A DNA stretch of 64,000 bases from a virus (taxonomy: Duplodnaviria > Caudoviricetes). Below the pieces are notes generated by a model. That model had not been told where the DNA came from and did not search any database. It saw only the letters and a program-made list of their open reading frames with translations. Of the stretch, positions 10,748-19,822 are shown piece after piece (positions within the stretch are counted from its first letter, which is position 1; each line of letters opens with the position of its first letter). The position numbers were made by a program, and so were the translations under genes. The DNA is taken from the IMG/VR virus record IMGVR_UViG_3300017569_000126, positions 4,865-68,864 of that record; one strand, 5' to 3'.

Positions 10748-10967
10748 CCTCTTTCATCCTCTCCGTGCGTCTACGTTTTTCGATTTCTTCGACCTTATTT
10801 GGCAAGTAGTCATACATTTTGGCGTATTCCATAGCTTCTGATTTTCTTTTAGAAAAACTTCCTGATACGGGGATATATGAATAGCCCTTCATGTGTGCGT
10901 ACCACAAACCAGACTTAGTGTCTTTGGATATAGTATACCTCTTGTTCATAGCTTTGTCAACACCCAA
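10734..10967 (-). CDS. hypothetical protein
   Basis: tiling. Confidence 0.6.
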   Translation of the reverse strand: MGVDKAMNKRYTISKDTKSGLWYAHMKGYSYIPVSGSFSKRKSEAMEYAKMYDYLPNKVEEIEKRRRTERMKEDAYC

Positions 10968-11580
10968 TTACGTTAATTGCGCAAGATTTCATTACTTTGT
11001 ATGCTGCTTCTGCTCCTTCTGGCGTAATACCAGCACAACAAGAAGCATCTACTACGATTTTGTGAGTAGGCAATACGCTTCTAAGAAGTAAAGCGTTAGA
11101 AATCACACAAACGTCAGAAGCCACCCCAACAATTTCTAAAACATCGTTTGCGTATATTTCAGAGCTATTGATGTCCTGTTTAATGTACTCTGCAAGTGTG
11201 GAGCTTGCGAACGTATCCTTTTCTATAATATCACGTCTGCGATGAAGTGCGATTGCCTTGCCTACTTCGGGAATCAAATGACAACCAGTGCTACCCCCTA
11301 TACAGTGCTCTGAATATGTCAAACTCTCTTGCGTTTTATTATATTCATCTTTAGTATGGGTGTCCATAGTTAAGTAGACATACTCATTGTTTGAAACATA
11401 CTTGTTGATTTTCTTTACAACATTTTCGACAACAGTATCACTTGGTCGAAAATCATTTTGCATATCAATTACGATTAGTCGATTCATCTTCTTCTCCAAT
11501 ATCCATATAATAACATATACCACCGTAAATAAAAGACCATAGTATTCCGATGGTAAACCAAATTCCGGGCTGTTTGCCAA
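10957..11580 (-). CDS. pncA: isochorismatase-family cysteine hydrolase, nicotinamidase-like (start probably at MNRL)
   Basis: LIVIDMQNDF, D-T-H, HC..GS.G, IEKDTF and VGVASDVCV motifs. Confidence 0.75.
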   Translation of the reverse strand: MANSPEFGLPSEYYGLLFTVVYVIIWILEKKMNRLIVIDMQNDFRPSDTVVENVVKKINKYVSNNEYVYLTMDTHTKDEYNKTQESLTYSEHCIGGSTGCHLIPEVGKAIALHRRRDIIEKDTFASSTLAEYIKQDINSSEIYANDVLEIVGVASDVCVISNALLLRSVLPTHKIVVDASCCAGITPEGAEAAYKVMKSCAINVIGC

Positions 11581-11625
11581 AGAGAATAAATACTAAAACA
11601 ATAAAGATAAAATCCATTAAACCCA

Positions 11626-12072
11626 TCAGAGTAGAACCTCATCCACAATTTGCTGTACAAGTTTACCGTCAGCTTTTCCTTTTACTAAAGGCATGATATA
11701 CTTCATCATTTTACCCTTATTTCTTTCTCCTGTGTACTGCATAAGGATAGAGCGAATTTCGCCTTCCGACATTTGTGCTGGAAGATATTGCGTTAGAAGA
11801 TTAAACTCAATGAGAAATTTTCCCTTTTCCTTATCGTTTCGAGCCAGTCTAATGTTTTCTTCGATAGCTTTCTTTTCCTTTTGAAGCGCAGCGATAATTT
11901 TCGTTTCATCACCGCCGTCTTTTTCAACTTTCTTTGCAACAGAAATAAAATAAGATAATGCACGATGATTTTCTTTAGCTCCGCGTTTCATTGCAAGAAT
12001 ATTATCTTGTGCCATTTTATCAATAATCGCCATAGGCTTTTGCAATACTCCCTTCGTAATCAATCCCGCCAT
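11626..12072 (-). CDS. GatB/YqeY domain protein
   Basis: E..LL..YLPAQMSE.EI, KGKMMK.IMP..KGKADGK.V..IV motifs. Confidence 0.85.
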   Translation of the reverse strand: MAGLITKGVLQKPMAIIDKMAQDNILAMKRGAKENHRALSYFISVAKKVEKDGGDETKIIAALQKEKKAIEENIRLARNDKEKGKFLIEFNLLTQYLPAQMSEGEIRSILMQYTGERNKGKMMKYIMPLVKGKADGKLVQQIVDEVLL

Positions 12073-12427
12073 GTTCGTTTAGAACAATTTCTACTTCTTC
12101 AAGAGGAACATTAGAATACACGGTTTTCTTTGGATGTTTTGAGTCTTCTGCATATTTCATCCATTGTTTAACAGCTTCGCTTGGAAATCCGAGTTCTACT
12201 GTTTCATAATTATGAAGTTCCTCGGTATTCCAATAAGCGTTACAATAATGGTAAGTAGAGTGTTGTACGCTTACGCTAAAACCATCCTTGCAAAAAATTC
12301 GAGGGCGATTGCAATTAAAATGGTTATTACCATCTTCTGTGTCGTTTTGAAAAAAGCAGAAAGTTTTAGATAGATATTCTGCGAGCGTCATTTCCAAGTA
12401 CCTCCGCAAACGTTGTGTAGTTTCCAT
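12020..12427 (-). CDS. hypothetical phage protein (start probably MTLAEY)
   Basis: R.RI.C.DGFSVSVQ..VELGFPS pattern seen in phage hypotheticals. Confidence 0.65.
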   Translation of the reverse strand: METTQRLRRYLEMTLAEYLSKTFCFFQNDTEDGNNHFNCNRPRIFCKDGFSVSVQHSTYHYCNAYWNTEELHNYETVELGFPSEAVKQWMKYAEDSKHPKKTVYSNVPLEEVEIVLNEHGGIDYEGSIAKAYGDY

Positions 12428-13208
12428 TATTTGTATTGGGAATTGCGAACATTACTGTATGAATACGGCTTCCTTTTAGCGCGTCTTTGAAGCTTTGCGC
12501 CATAATTTTTGGGTCGCAGCCAAATACTCCGCAGCCAAAGGCTCCTAAAATTAAAATGTTTACATCGTGCTGTTCCGCGACATTCACAACAAATCTACAC
12601 CGTTGTTCGGTTATATCTTTTACTAAGTGTTCGTTAAAATTTAGTTTCTGGTATTCGCACCATGTTCTATAAGCGGATACATTCGGAGCAGCGCAAGTGA
12701 TAACATTGACTGTGCTTCCTTCTGGTGTGTCATCTTCGCAAAACAGGCGTATCCCCTGGGAATAAATTGCTTTATTTAGATAAAGTCCGCGATTGGTTCT
12801 TTGCCTATTTTGCCAATAATATTCTTTCTCGAATTTCGAGTCGGACAAAACATTATAAAGGAAAGTTCTATGGCAGATTGCTTCTTCTTGCGCTTTAGAG
12901 CCTTCAATAAACATTCCACCAGCAAATTTATAGCTTGCGAAATTCAAAATTGTGACATTTGCATATTGGTCTTGCTTTGTCCAAGATTCCGCAGCTTTAA
13001 TTGTATCGCAGTCTGAAATAAAAATTTCAGGGTAATCGCCGGAACGGAGGTTTTGCTTTGATAGGTCTTGATGAATCGTGGATGTTCTAATAGAATGGTC
13101 AATCTCATCTTTATATTTAGAAGCCATCAGCTCTGTGTGTTTACGAGCCTTTTCTGCCATTTCGCTTTTGGAACCCCAAGCGCTCTTTCTTTCATTCATA
13201 GCTTTCAA
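12366..13208 (-). CDS. TIGR02452-type microbial PARG-like macrodomain protein
   Basis: LNFAS...GG..EG..AQEE.IC..T.LY, VITCAAPN and LILGAFGCGVF motifs. Confidence 0.85.
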   Translation of the reverse strand: MKAMNERKSAWGSKSEMAEKARKHTELMASKYKDEIDHSIRTSTIHQDLSKQNLRSGDYPEIFISDCDTIKAAESWTKQDQYANVTILNFASYKFAGGMFIEGSKAQEEAICHRTFLYNVLSDSKFEKEYYWQNRQRTNRGLYLNKAIYSQGIRLFCEDDTPEGSTVNVITCAAPNVSAYRTWCEYQKLNFNEHLVKDITEQRCRFVVNVAEQHDVNILILGAFGCGVFGCDPKIMAQSFKDALKGSRIHTVMFAIPNTNNGNYTTFAEVLGNDARRISI

Positions 13209-13295
13209 TGTCTACGCCCTCTTTCTTTGTATTAAGATTTTAGCATAAAAAACAAATTTTGTCAAGCGGGTTTTGCTTATTTTTTATGGATTTCA

Positions 13296-13324
13296 TTGAC
13301 TTTTAGCTTAAAATATGGTATAAT
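13296..13324 (+). promoter_or_regulatory. sigmaA-type promoter (one of a divergent pair)
   Basis: TTGACT-17 bp-TATAAT; a minus-strand TTGACA...TAAAAT promoter lies just to the left. Confidence 0.75.
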
Positions 13325-13369
13325 CTTGTCAAAAGCAAGCAAAATACTACTAAAAGGAGAGCGTCAATC

Positions 13370-14536
13370 ATGAACGTCGATGTTGTAATTGGTGCTAATT
13401 TTGGCGATGAAGGCAAGGGAGCAGTCACTAACAGCCTTTGTAAAGAGCATAAAGACGAAACCAAACTTAATGTTCTTTTTAACGGCGGGTGTCAGAGAGG
13501 GCACAATGTAAAGGATAGAATTATTGAACACACTTTTCATTGTTTTGGCAGTGGATATTATAGTGGCGCTGATACCTACTACGAAAAAGATTTTATGATT
13601 GACCCCTTTGGGTATGCAGCAGAAGCGAATGTTCTGAGTTCTTTTCCCATTCAGGTGATTGCTCATCCTGAGTGTCAGATTGTTTTTGTTATGGACAAAG
13701 CTGTTAATCGCGCGGTAGAAGGACTTCGTAATAATCGTCACGGCTCATGTGGCATGGGGATTTATGAAGCATGGAACCGTGTGAATAATGGCTGTTCTTG
13801 TACTGTTCTGGATTGTGGCGTGTTTGACCTCGCAAAACTTTTGAAAGATGTAAGCGCTTATTATAGAGATGTTCGCATTCCAGAGGTTGCGAAGGAGCTT
13901 CACGTTCCCGAAGAAAAGGTTTTGGGCAAAATAAACGAAGTTCTTACTCGTGATGGTGACTGCGATATTAGTGCTTGGGTTTATTGTATGAAATCTTTCT
14001 ATAAAAATTGCGATATAAGTGCTAACCCTTATAAATATTATGATTATGTGATTTTTGAGGGTGGTCAGGGGCTTGCCTTGGATATGGATAATAAAAAATA
14101 TTGGCCTCATCTTACTCCCTCTCACACTGGTCTTGCCAATCTTGTTCGGCCTCTGAAAAATTTGGGATGTACTTATCAAGTAAATTATATCTCACGTCCT
14201 TATTATACACGTCATGGAGCGGGAACTCTCCGCAACGAAATGAAAGCATCTGAGCTTCCTTTTGCTTTGTCAGAGGATATTAACGTACCGAACTCTTATC
14301 AAGGAACTTTGCGTTATGCACCTTTAGACTCTGAAATTCTAAAGAGAATAGAGAACGATAAGCATTATGCTGGCGATGTTGGTCTGCCTTTTATTTCTCG
14401 TATTGTGATGACTCACTTGGATGAAACGGACGGGAAAATTTTCTATAAGAACAATCAGACCAAATCCGAGCCTCATTTTATCTCTTTGGATAAGGCAAAG
14501 ACTTTTATGGGGAGGATAGACCCGTTCAACCCCTAA
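13370..14536 (+). CDS. purA: divergent adenylosuccinate synthetase-like protein
   Basis: VVIGANFGDEGKG, GG.Q.GH, HGSCGMGI, IFEGGQGLALD, HLTPS.TG, TRHGAG motifs. Confidence 0.75.
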   Translation: MNVDVVIGANFGDEGKGAVTNSLCKEHKDETKLNVLFNGGCQRGHNVKDRIIEHTFHCFGSGYYSGADTYYEKDFMIDPFGYAAEANVLSSFPIQVIAHPECQIVFVMDKAVNRAVEGLRNNRHGSCGMGIYEAWNRVNNGCSCTVLDCGVFDLAKLLKDVSAYYRDVRIPEVAKELHVPEEKVLGKINEVLTRDGDCDISAWVYCMKSFYKNCDISANPYKYYDYVIFEGGQGLALDMDNKKYWPHLTPSHTGLANLVRPLKNLGCTYQVNYISRPYYTRHGAGTLRNEMKASELPFALSEDINVPNSYQGTLRYAPLDSEILKRIENDKHYAGDVGLPFISRIVMTHLDETDGKIFYKNNQTKSEPHFISLDKAKTFMGRIDPFNP

Positions 14537-14685
14537 AACTGTTCTCCCTCGGAATACAATTTTGTCTCGTAAAAATATAGAAAAAAGCAACCGCACAAAT
14601 GCCTTGTTTTGCTGACATTTCTGATTAACGCCGAAATGCAGTAAAATATTGGTATTTGTATACATAATTTTAAGGAGGCGGTCGT

Positions 14686-14910
14686 GTGACAACTTATATG
14701 TACTCTTGGTGGTTTGATGAAAAACGGCAGTCGTATTGGGATTCTGCCACTATTCCAATGGGGATATACGTAGATATTTTCTCTAATGGTAGACCTAACA
14801 ACGCAATTTTTGTTTTAGCGGAAGACGAAGAACGTGCCTACAATATAGGGCGCAGCTTTATGTTTGCTGGCGATAGAAGCTTTTGCCGTAAATTAAAAAA
14901 TTTTGACTGA
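14686..14910 (+). CDS. hypothetical protein
   Basis: AAGGAGG RBS with GTG start. Confidence 0.65.
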   Translation: MTTYMYSWWFDEKRQSYWDSATIPMGIYVDIFSNGRPNNAIFVLAEDEERAYNIGRSFMFAGDRSFCRKLKNFD

Positions 14911-14913
14911 GGT

Positions 14914-15099
14914 TTGATTATGTTGATTGTCATTTCATTTTTCGCAGCGTTTTCTCTTGTTTTTTATACTGTTCTTGCTTTTTTGTGCGGGACTTGCGTT
15001 TCTTCTAAAAGTGATGTTGCAATTTATCTTGGCATTTTTACTCCGTTGCTTTTATTTTCTGTTACTTTCTTGAAATTTGTTTTGGGGTTGGTTGTATGA
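14914..15099 (+). CDS. small membrane protein
   Basis: GAGG RBS, two hydrophobic helices. Confidence 0.6.
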   Translation: MIMLIVISFFAAFSLVFYTVLAFLCGTCVSSKSDVAIYLGIFTPLLLFSVTFLKFVLGLVV

Positions 15100-15280
15100 T
15101 GATTGAACTTTACAAATCCTTTTTAACTAAATTATCTGATTCGCTAACACGATTAAAGGAAATCGTCGATGATAACATGGCAAATTGTGAGACAGAAGTT
15201 ATAATGTTCGGGATTTTACTTTTCTATTTCTTCTCTATGAGTTTCTGTATTATAATCGTTTACACTTAAAAGGTGATTTT

Positions 15281-15466
15281 ATGGGAAATTTATTATATCT
15301 AATTCTAAGCGCAATCACGATGGTCTTAGCGTTTTATTTAATTAAAAACGATAAATATTTCATTTACCATCATGAATGTAGGGCTATTAGGATATTTTAC
15401 TACTGGTTTACAGTTATTATTTGCTTTTTGACAATTATTGTCAGTATTTATGGATTGGTGAAGTAA
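15281..15466 (+). CDS. small membrane protein
   Basis: AAGGTG RBS, two hydrophobic helices. Confidence 0.6.
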   Translation: MGNLLYLILSAITMVLAFYLIKNDKYFIYHHECRAIRIFYYWFTVIICFLTIIVSIYGLVK

Positions 15467-15627
15467 TTATGAGTTTAGGATTATTAGTTTGGATAATAGT
15501 AGGCTTTGTGCTATTAAACCTTGCAGAAGAAAAAGACCCGCTACTTCTCATTCTCTGTATTGCTGGGTTGGGAATTTTCTTTATGATAGCCAGCGTCTTT
15601 CTCATTGTTTGGAATTTGATATTTTAA
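15421..15627 (+). CDS. small membrane protein (start probably MSLGLL near 15468)
   Basis: two hydrophobic helices, tiling. Confidence 0.55.
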   Translation: MLFDNYCQYLWIGEVIMSLGLLVWIIVGFVLLNLAEEKDPLLLILCIAGLGIFFMIASVFLIVWNLIF

Positions 15628-15962
15628 GTGCAAATATTCGGTTTGTTGTTCTTATTGCAAGTTTTTGGTTTGTTGTAACGGTTTTGGGTTGTTTTGATAG
15701 TGCTTTTGTGTTTTGATGGTATTTTTTATTTTTTAATACTGTTTTTGTCTTTTGATATTGTAATACCTTTTCTCTCACACAAAAGAGAAAATTATCCAAA
15801 TCTCAACTAAAAATACAACTCTCCAAAATATTTCATAAAACACCATTTTAATCCAAAACAAATCTCAATAAAACCCTAAGTACAATATTTTAATATTTCA
15901 GCGCAAAATCCAACCCAAACTTACATAGACGCAGCATTGCGTCAGAAAGGTGGTTATAATAT

Positions 15963-17225
15963 TTGAATAAACCAATTATTAAATTTTACGACACAAATGC
16001 CATGCTTGCGCTAAAAGAGAAACCATTTTTAGATAAATCCATCTCTTTTACAGCTTATGGCGGCACAAGAGTGTGTAACTTTGCACTTAGTCATAAAACC
16101 TTAGAGGAAATAGAAAATATCAAAACTTCTTCTAAAAAAGATGAAGAAGTAAAATATGCTGCGAGAAAGGTATCACACGCATTGCAGGACTATGATAACT
16201 ATTTTGTGTGTAATTCTCAGTACGACCAAATTCTAAGTGAGATTATGGCGAAAGGATTAGAGGCTACGCCTGATGCTGTTATTATAACAGAGTGTTATCT
16301 TTTTAGTAATGATTATCCAGAATATGATATTATATTTGTAACAGATGATGTTTGCTGCTATAATATTGCAAAAAGGATATTTAATCTAAAAGTTGAAACA
16401 TTGCGCAGTTTGTCGCAAGATTTATATAAAGGTTATGTAAAAATTCAAGGAAATACTACTGAAACTAACGAAAAATTTGCAAAATTAGTAGAAAATAACG
16501 AACTTTTTGCTAATGAATACGTTATTTTTGAGGATGAAAACGGAAATTCCGTTAAAGAATGTCGCTGGGATGGAGAAAAATTGTGCGATTTGAGACTGCC
16601 TCCTAATAAGGTAATCAAGGCTCGGAACTCTCTCCAACGGTGTGCCTTGGATGCCCTCAACAACAAAGAATTGTCGATAGTATGTGTTTTTGGAAAGGTT
16701 GGCTCCGGGAAAAGTATTTTAACGTTATTGTCTGGACTTTACCAAGTCAGAGATAAAGGGAACCAAAGCACATTGCTCGGAGTGAGAGAACCAAGAGGCG
16801 AGGGAGCACAGGTAGGTTATCTTCCGGGAGAGTTTGAGGATAAGACTGGTGACTTCTTTACTCCGTTAGCGCAGCAGCTACAAGGTGGACAAAGGGAATT
16901 TGACTCATTGAAAATGCAAGGTATTCTTGATGTGCAGATACCTTATTACCTAAAGGGAACCACCTATAATGATTATATTATCTTAGTAGATGAAGCCGAG
17001 GATTTAACAGAGAGCCAGATAAAATTGATAGGTACAAGATTGGGTTCTAATAGTAGAATATTCTTTAGTGGCGATTATAAACAAAGTTTAATAAATCGTA
17101 CTGTAAGTAACCCGCTTGTAAAGATGTGTGAGGCGTTTAAGGGCAACTCTAATTTTGCTTGCATATATCTTGAAGATGATGTTCGTAGTACGGCATCGAA
17201 ACAATTTGCTGAACTCTACGAGTGA
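15963..17225 (+). CDS. phoH: PIN domain plus PhoH-like ATPase
   Basis: N-terminal FYDTN (PIN), GKVGSGKS Walker A, ILVDEAEDL Walker B, GYLPG and F.GD.KQ motifs. Confidence 0.9.
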   Translation: MNKPIIKFYDTNAMLALKEKPFLDKSISFTAYGGTRVCNFALSHKTLEEIENIKTSSKKDEEVKYAARKVSHALQDYDNYFVCNSQYDQILSEIMAKGLEATPDAVIITECYLFSNDYPEYDIIFVTDDVCCYNIAKRIFNLKVETLRSLSQDLYKGYVKIQGNTTETNEKFAKLVENNELFANEYVIFEDENGNSVKECRWDGEKLCDLRLPPNKVIKARNSLQRCALDALNNKELSIVCVFGKVGSGKSILTLLSGLYQVRDKGNQSTLLGVREPRGEGAQVGYLPGEFEDKTGDFFTPLAQQLQGGQREFDSLKMQGILDVQIPYYLKGTTYNDYIILVDEAEDLTESQIKLIGTRLGSNSRIFFSGDYKQSLINRTVSNPLVKMCEAFKGNSNFACIYLEDDVRSTASKQFAELYE

Positions 17226-17256
17226 TACGATACTCTATAAGTAAATAAAACACTAA

Positions 17257-17286
17257 TAGGCCGACTATTTTTTAGTAGTCAGCCTA
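17257..17286. terminator. hairpin between convergent genes, possible bidirectional terminator
   Basis: TAGGCCGACTA / TAGTCAGCCTA inverted repeat with one mismatch. Confidence 0.55.
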
Positions 17287-17311
17287 ATATTATTGTACTT
17301 TGATATAAAAG

Positions 17312-18004
17312 TCAAACAAGACAAACGGTTAGAGGCTTAGGCGCACTAACACCGTCTGATTCCTGTCGAGGCAGTAAACCTAATCTTCCAAGGAACTGCT
17401 TTTTAAGCTTTTCAGTAGCTTCTTCATCATAGTCTTTTAGAGTGGGTTCCTTAGAGATGTCAGTAATGGAGTCAATTTTCGCAGTATTTACACAAAAACA
17501 TACAGATTCTTTCTTAGAAGTTCTATCTTTCGACGAAGGACATCCTTGTGTGGCGAGATATGTTTCTTTAGAAGTTGGCATACTTGCCCCTTGGGGATTC
17601 TCATTGGAGACAGTACGCTTGTGAAAGTGTCCATAAGCCATGGGCTTGGCAGGAGTATCGGTTCTCTCGTTGGAACGGTCTTTTTGAGGAACAGGCTCAG
17701 TCTTTTGGGGCGCAATACTGTCTTTGATGTGCGCGATAGCTTTCTTCGCAGTCTGGTACATCTGGTGTACAGTACCCTTCCATGTAGACTCTTTCTTTAG
17801 AAGTAATCCGTCAGATACTAACGTGTCAATGATGGACTTGATTTCATCAACAGTAGTGCAAATCATGTCAGCAAGATATTGAAAACTGCCATAAAAACAC
17901 TTCTGGTGCGTTGAAAATCCATGGATTGCCGCATATACTAACAGGGTGTTTCCAGAAAGGTGAAGGTCACGAATCATAAAGGGCTGTACATTGATGTATT
18001 GCAT
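17312..18004 (-). CDS. winged-HTH phage replication-initiator-like protein (start at ATG 18004; track ORF extends to 18154)
   Basis: AGGAG RBS; MQYINVQPFMIRDLHLSGNTLLVYAAIHGFS...FYGSFQYLAD...IKSIIDTLVSDGLL resembles phage HTH replication proteins. Confidence 0.55.
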   Translation of the reverse strand: MQYINVQPFMIRDLHLSGNTLLVYAAIHGFSTHQKCFYGSFQYLADMICTTVDEIKSIIDTLVSDGLLLKKESTWKGTVHQMYQTAKKAIAHIKDSIAPQKTEPVPQKDRSNERTDTPAKPMAYGHFHKRTVSNENPQGASMPTSKETYLATQGCPSSKDRTSKKESVCFCVNTAKIDSITDISKEPTLKDYDEEATEKLKKQFLGRLGLLPRQESDGVSAPKPLTVCLV

Positions 18005-18138
18005 AAAACCATAACTCCTATAACTTCTAAAATGGTTGTACGTTGATGTCGTGAGGACGATGAAATCGTCCGAGGGAATGAGCGTTGCGAAGCAATGCGA
18101 ATTATTGCATAAAACCATAACTCCTATAACTTCTAAAA
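17997..18138. repeat. 36-bp perfect direct repeat, two copies (17997-18032, 18103-18138)
   Basis: TATTGCATAAAACCATAACTCCTATAACTTCTAAAA in both; carries AGGAG and ATG on the minus strand. Confidence 0.9.
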
Positions 18139-18319
18139 ATGATACTCCCAACAATCAACACGCTTGACGTTGAAAACTTTAGAGGCAGTATACCACAACG
18201 AGGTCTAAAAGTCAAGTGAATTGAAAAAGTTTTCAACAGGAAGTGGATAACACTTAATATTAAATAATACTAAAAAGCTATATATTTATTATTATTATAT
18301 ATAATATTAAAAAGGGCAC

Positions 18320-18348
18320 TTGACAAAATTGTGAAGGTGTGGTATAAT
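18320..18348 (+). promoter_or_regulatory. sigmaA consensus promoter
   Basis: TTGACA-17 bp-TATAAT with TGTG. Confidence 0.85.
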
Positions 18349-18391
18349 TCTTTAGAAGAATGGTAAACATAAGAGAAAGGCGTGGGGATAA

Positions 18392-18787
18392 ATGAAGGAA
18401 AATCAAAAGTTGGGTAAGATTACTAAGGGGGAGAAGGGGATTGAAATTGGAAACGACGTACTAATTTCCGTATTCGGAAAAATTCATGACGAATACGTTT
18501 ACCGCGAAAACAACGGTAACATTATAATCACTCCTGTTTCTGATGAGTATGACGCTCGTATATTGTATAACAAGTATATCAACAGCACTTATAAGATAAA
18601 AAGTCGAACTGTTGATGGATTGCGTTTTACTACAATCAAGGACAATAACGGCATATTTCATGATGAGGCAAGTGTAATTACGAGAGAAGACACACCATCC
18701 AAAATTGCGGAGTGCATTGCATTATTACGGTTTCGCGGAATAAATAATGAACTCGAAAAGTTTGAAAAGTATATTGTGAAAGCATGA
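18392..18787 (+). CDS. hypothetical protein
   Basis: first ORF after promoter. Confidence 0.7.
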   Translation: MKENQKLGKITKGEKGIEIGNDVLISVFGKIHDEYVYRENNGNIIITPVSDEYDARILYNKYINSTYKIKSRTVDGLRFTTIKDNNGIFHDEASVITREDTPSKIAECIALLRFRGINNELEKFEKYIVKA

Positions 18788-19080
18788 GAAGACGGACAGA
18801 CAATATAAGGGGTAATAAAATTTCAGAGTTCTATTGTACTTGTTGCGGCAAGAGAACGATTCCGATTTATAGACGTGCTGGATGTGAACGCGAAAAGGGT
18901 CATCTGAAAAAGTTATATTGCTTAAATTGCAGAGCAGAGAAAAATTGCGTTGAAGTAGGCGCTAATTGGAATTACACTTTAGAAGATTTCAAGGCAGAAT
19001 TTGATTCGGGAAATTTTACACGAGAGGGATTGAGAAAAGATGTCGGGTTCACTGCGAAAAGAAAAAATTCAGGGTTATAA
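18784..19080 (+). CDS. small zinc-ribbon protein
   Basis: CTCCG...CLNC...C cysteine pattern. Confidence 0.7.
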   Translation: MRRRTDNIRGNKISEFYCTCCGKRTIPIYRRAGCEREKGHLKKLYCLNCRAEKNCVEVGANWNYTLEDFKAEFDSGNFTREGLRKDVGFTAKRKNSGL

Positions 19081-19263
19081 AGTTAAACATACACTATATT
19101 CCATCGACGATGATAAAAAGCTATGGGTTGATTTAACTTTGATGAATAAAGCAAAACAGTATGACAGCGTTCCGATTTATCGGCTCGGTTTTAATGGCGA
19201 AATGATTTTTGATTCGTGGAGAAGCAAAAAGTGGTTGCAGGAAAATATATGAGGTGATTAGAT

Positions 19264-19512
19264 ATGAAATGGGTTACGGCTGCAATGCTTGTAGGATATA
19301 TAAATGACGGCTATAAGGTTGAACTAAAAAACGAAAGCAAACAGAGCACGGCAGAGTTCTTTTTTGTAGACGGAGTTTATAAACACATCATTGACGGAGA
19401 GACCAAAGTTTACAAGAATGAGGAAGCTATGAAAAACGGGCTTGAATTATGCTTGCATACGGGATATAAGATACAACCTCTTGGGATTAAAGAGTTTGCA
19501 TATAAAAAGTAA
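19264..19512 (+). CDS. hypothetical protein
   Basis: GAGGTG RBS. Confidence 0.65.
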   Translation: MKWVTAAMLVGYINDGYKVELKNESKQSTAEFFFVDGVYKHIIDGETKVYKNEEAMKNGLELCLHTGYKIQPLGIKEFAYKK

Positions 19513-19822
19513 AATTTCTAAAGGAGAATGTATTATGGATTATAAGACTTATGTTGGTAACTTGAAGAATGGTAAAGTGATGAGACTTGCAGATTTTGAA
19601 TATGCTGTAAAGTTTTTTGGCATGGATGATGAAATGCTAACGGATTTCTGTTATATCTCTGTGCCCGATGATGATATTATCGGATTGCTTTTCGTAAATG
19701 ATAAAGCGGCTGCATCACAGGCATATCGAAACCTCCATGATGTTTCTGCTTCTCTTGCTGGTAGGTGCATTGACATCATGGCACATGATATGGCAAAAAT
19801 TCGCAGTGGTGCGACCGAATGA
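19442..19822 (+). CDS. hypothetical protein (start probably MDYK)
   Basis: AAGGAG RBS before MDYK. Confidence 0.6.
   Translation: MNYACIRDIRYNLLGLKSLHIKSKISKGECIMDYKTYVGNLKNGKVMRLADFEYAVKFFGMDDEMLTDFCYISVPDDDIIGLLFVNDKAAASQAYRNLHDVSASLAGRCIDIMAHDMAKIRSGATE

Noticed and set aside
13370-14536. PurZ (2-aminoadenine DNA pathway)
   Set aside because: The P-loop reads GDEGKG with the PurA-type Asp, not the Ser typical of PurZ, and no dATPase/MazZ-like partner is recognisable in the window.
17997-18138. Mini CRISPR array from the 36-bp direct repeat
   Set aside because: Only two copies, a 70-nt spacer, no repeat palindrome, the repeat contains an RBS and start codon, and no cas genes are present.
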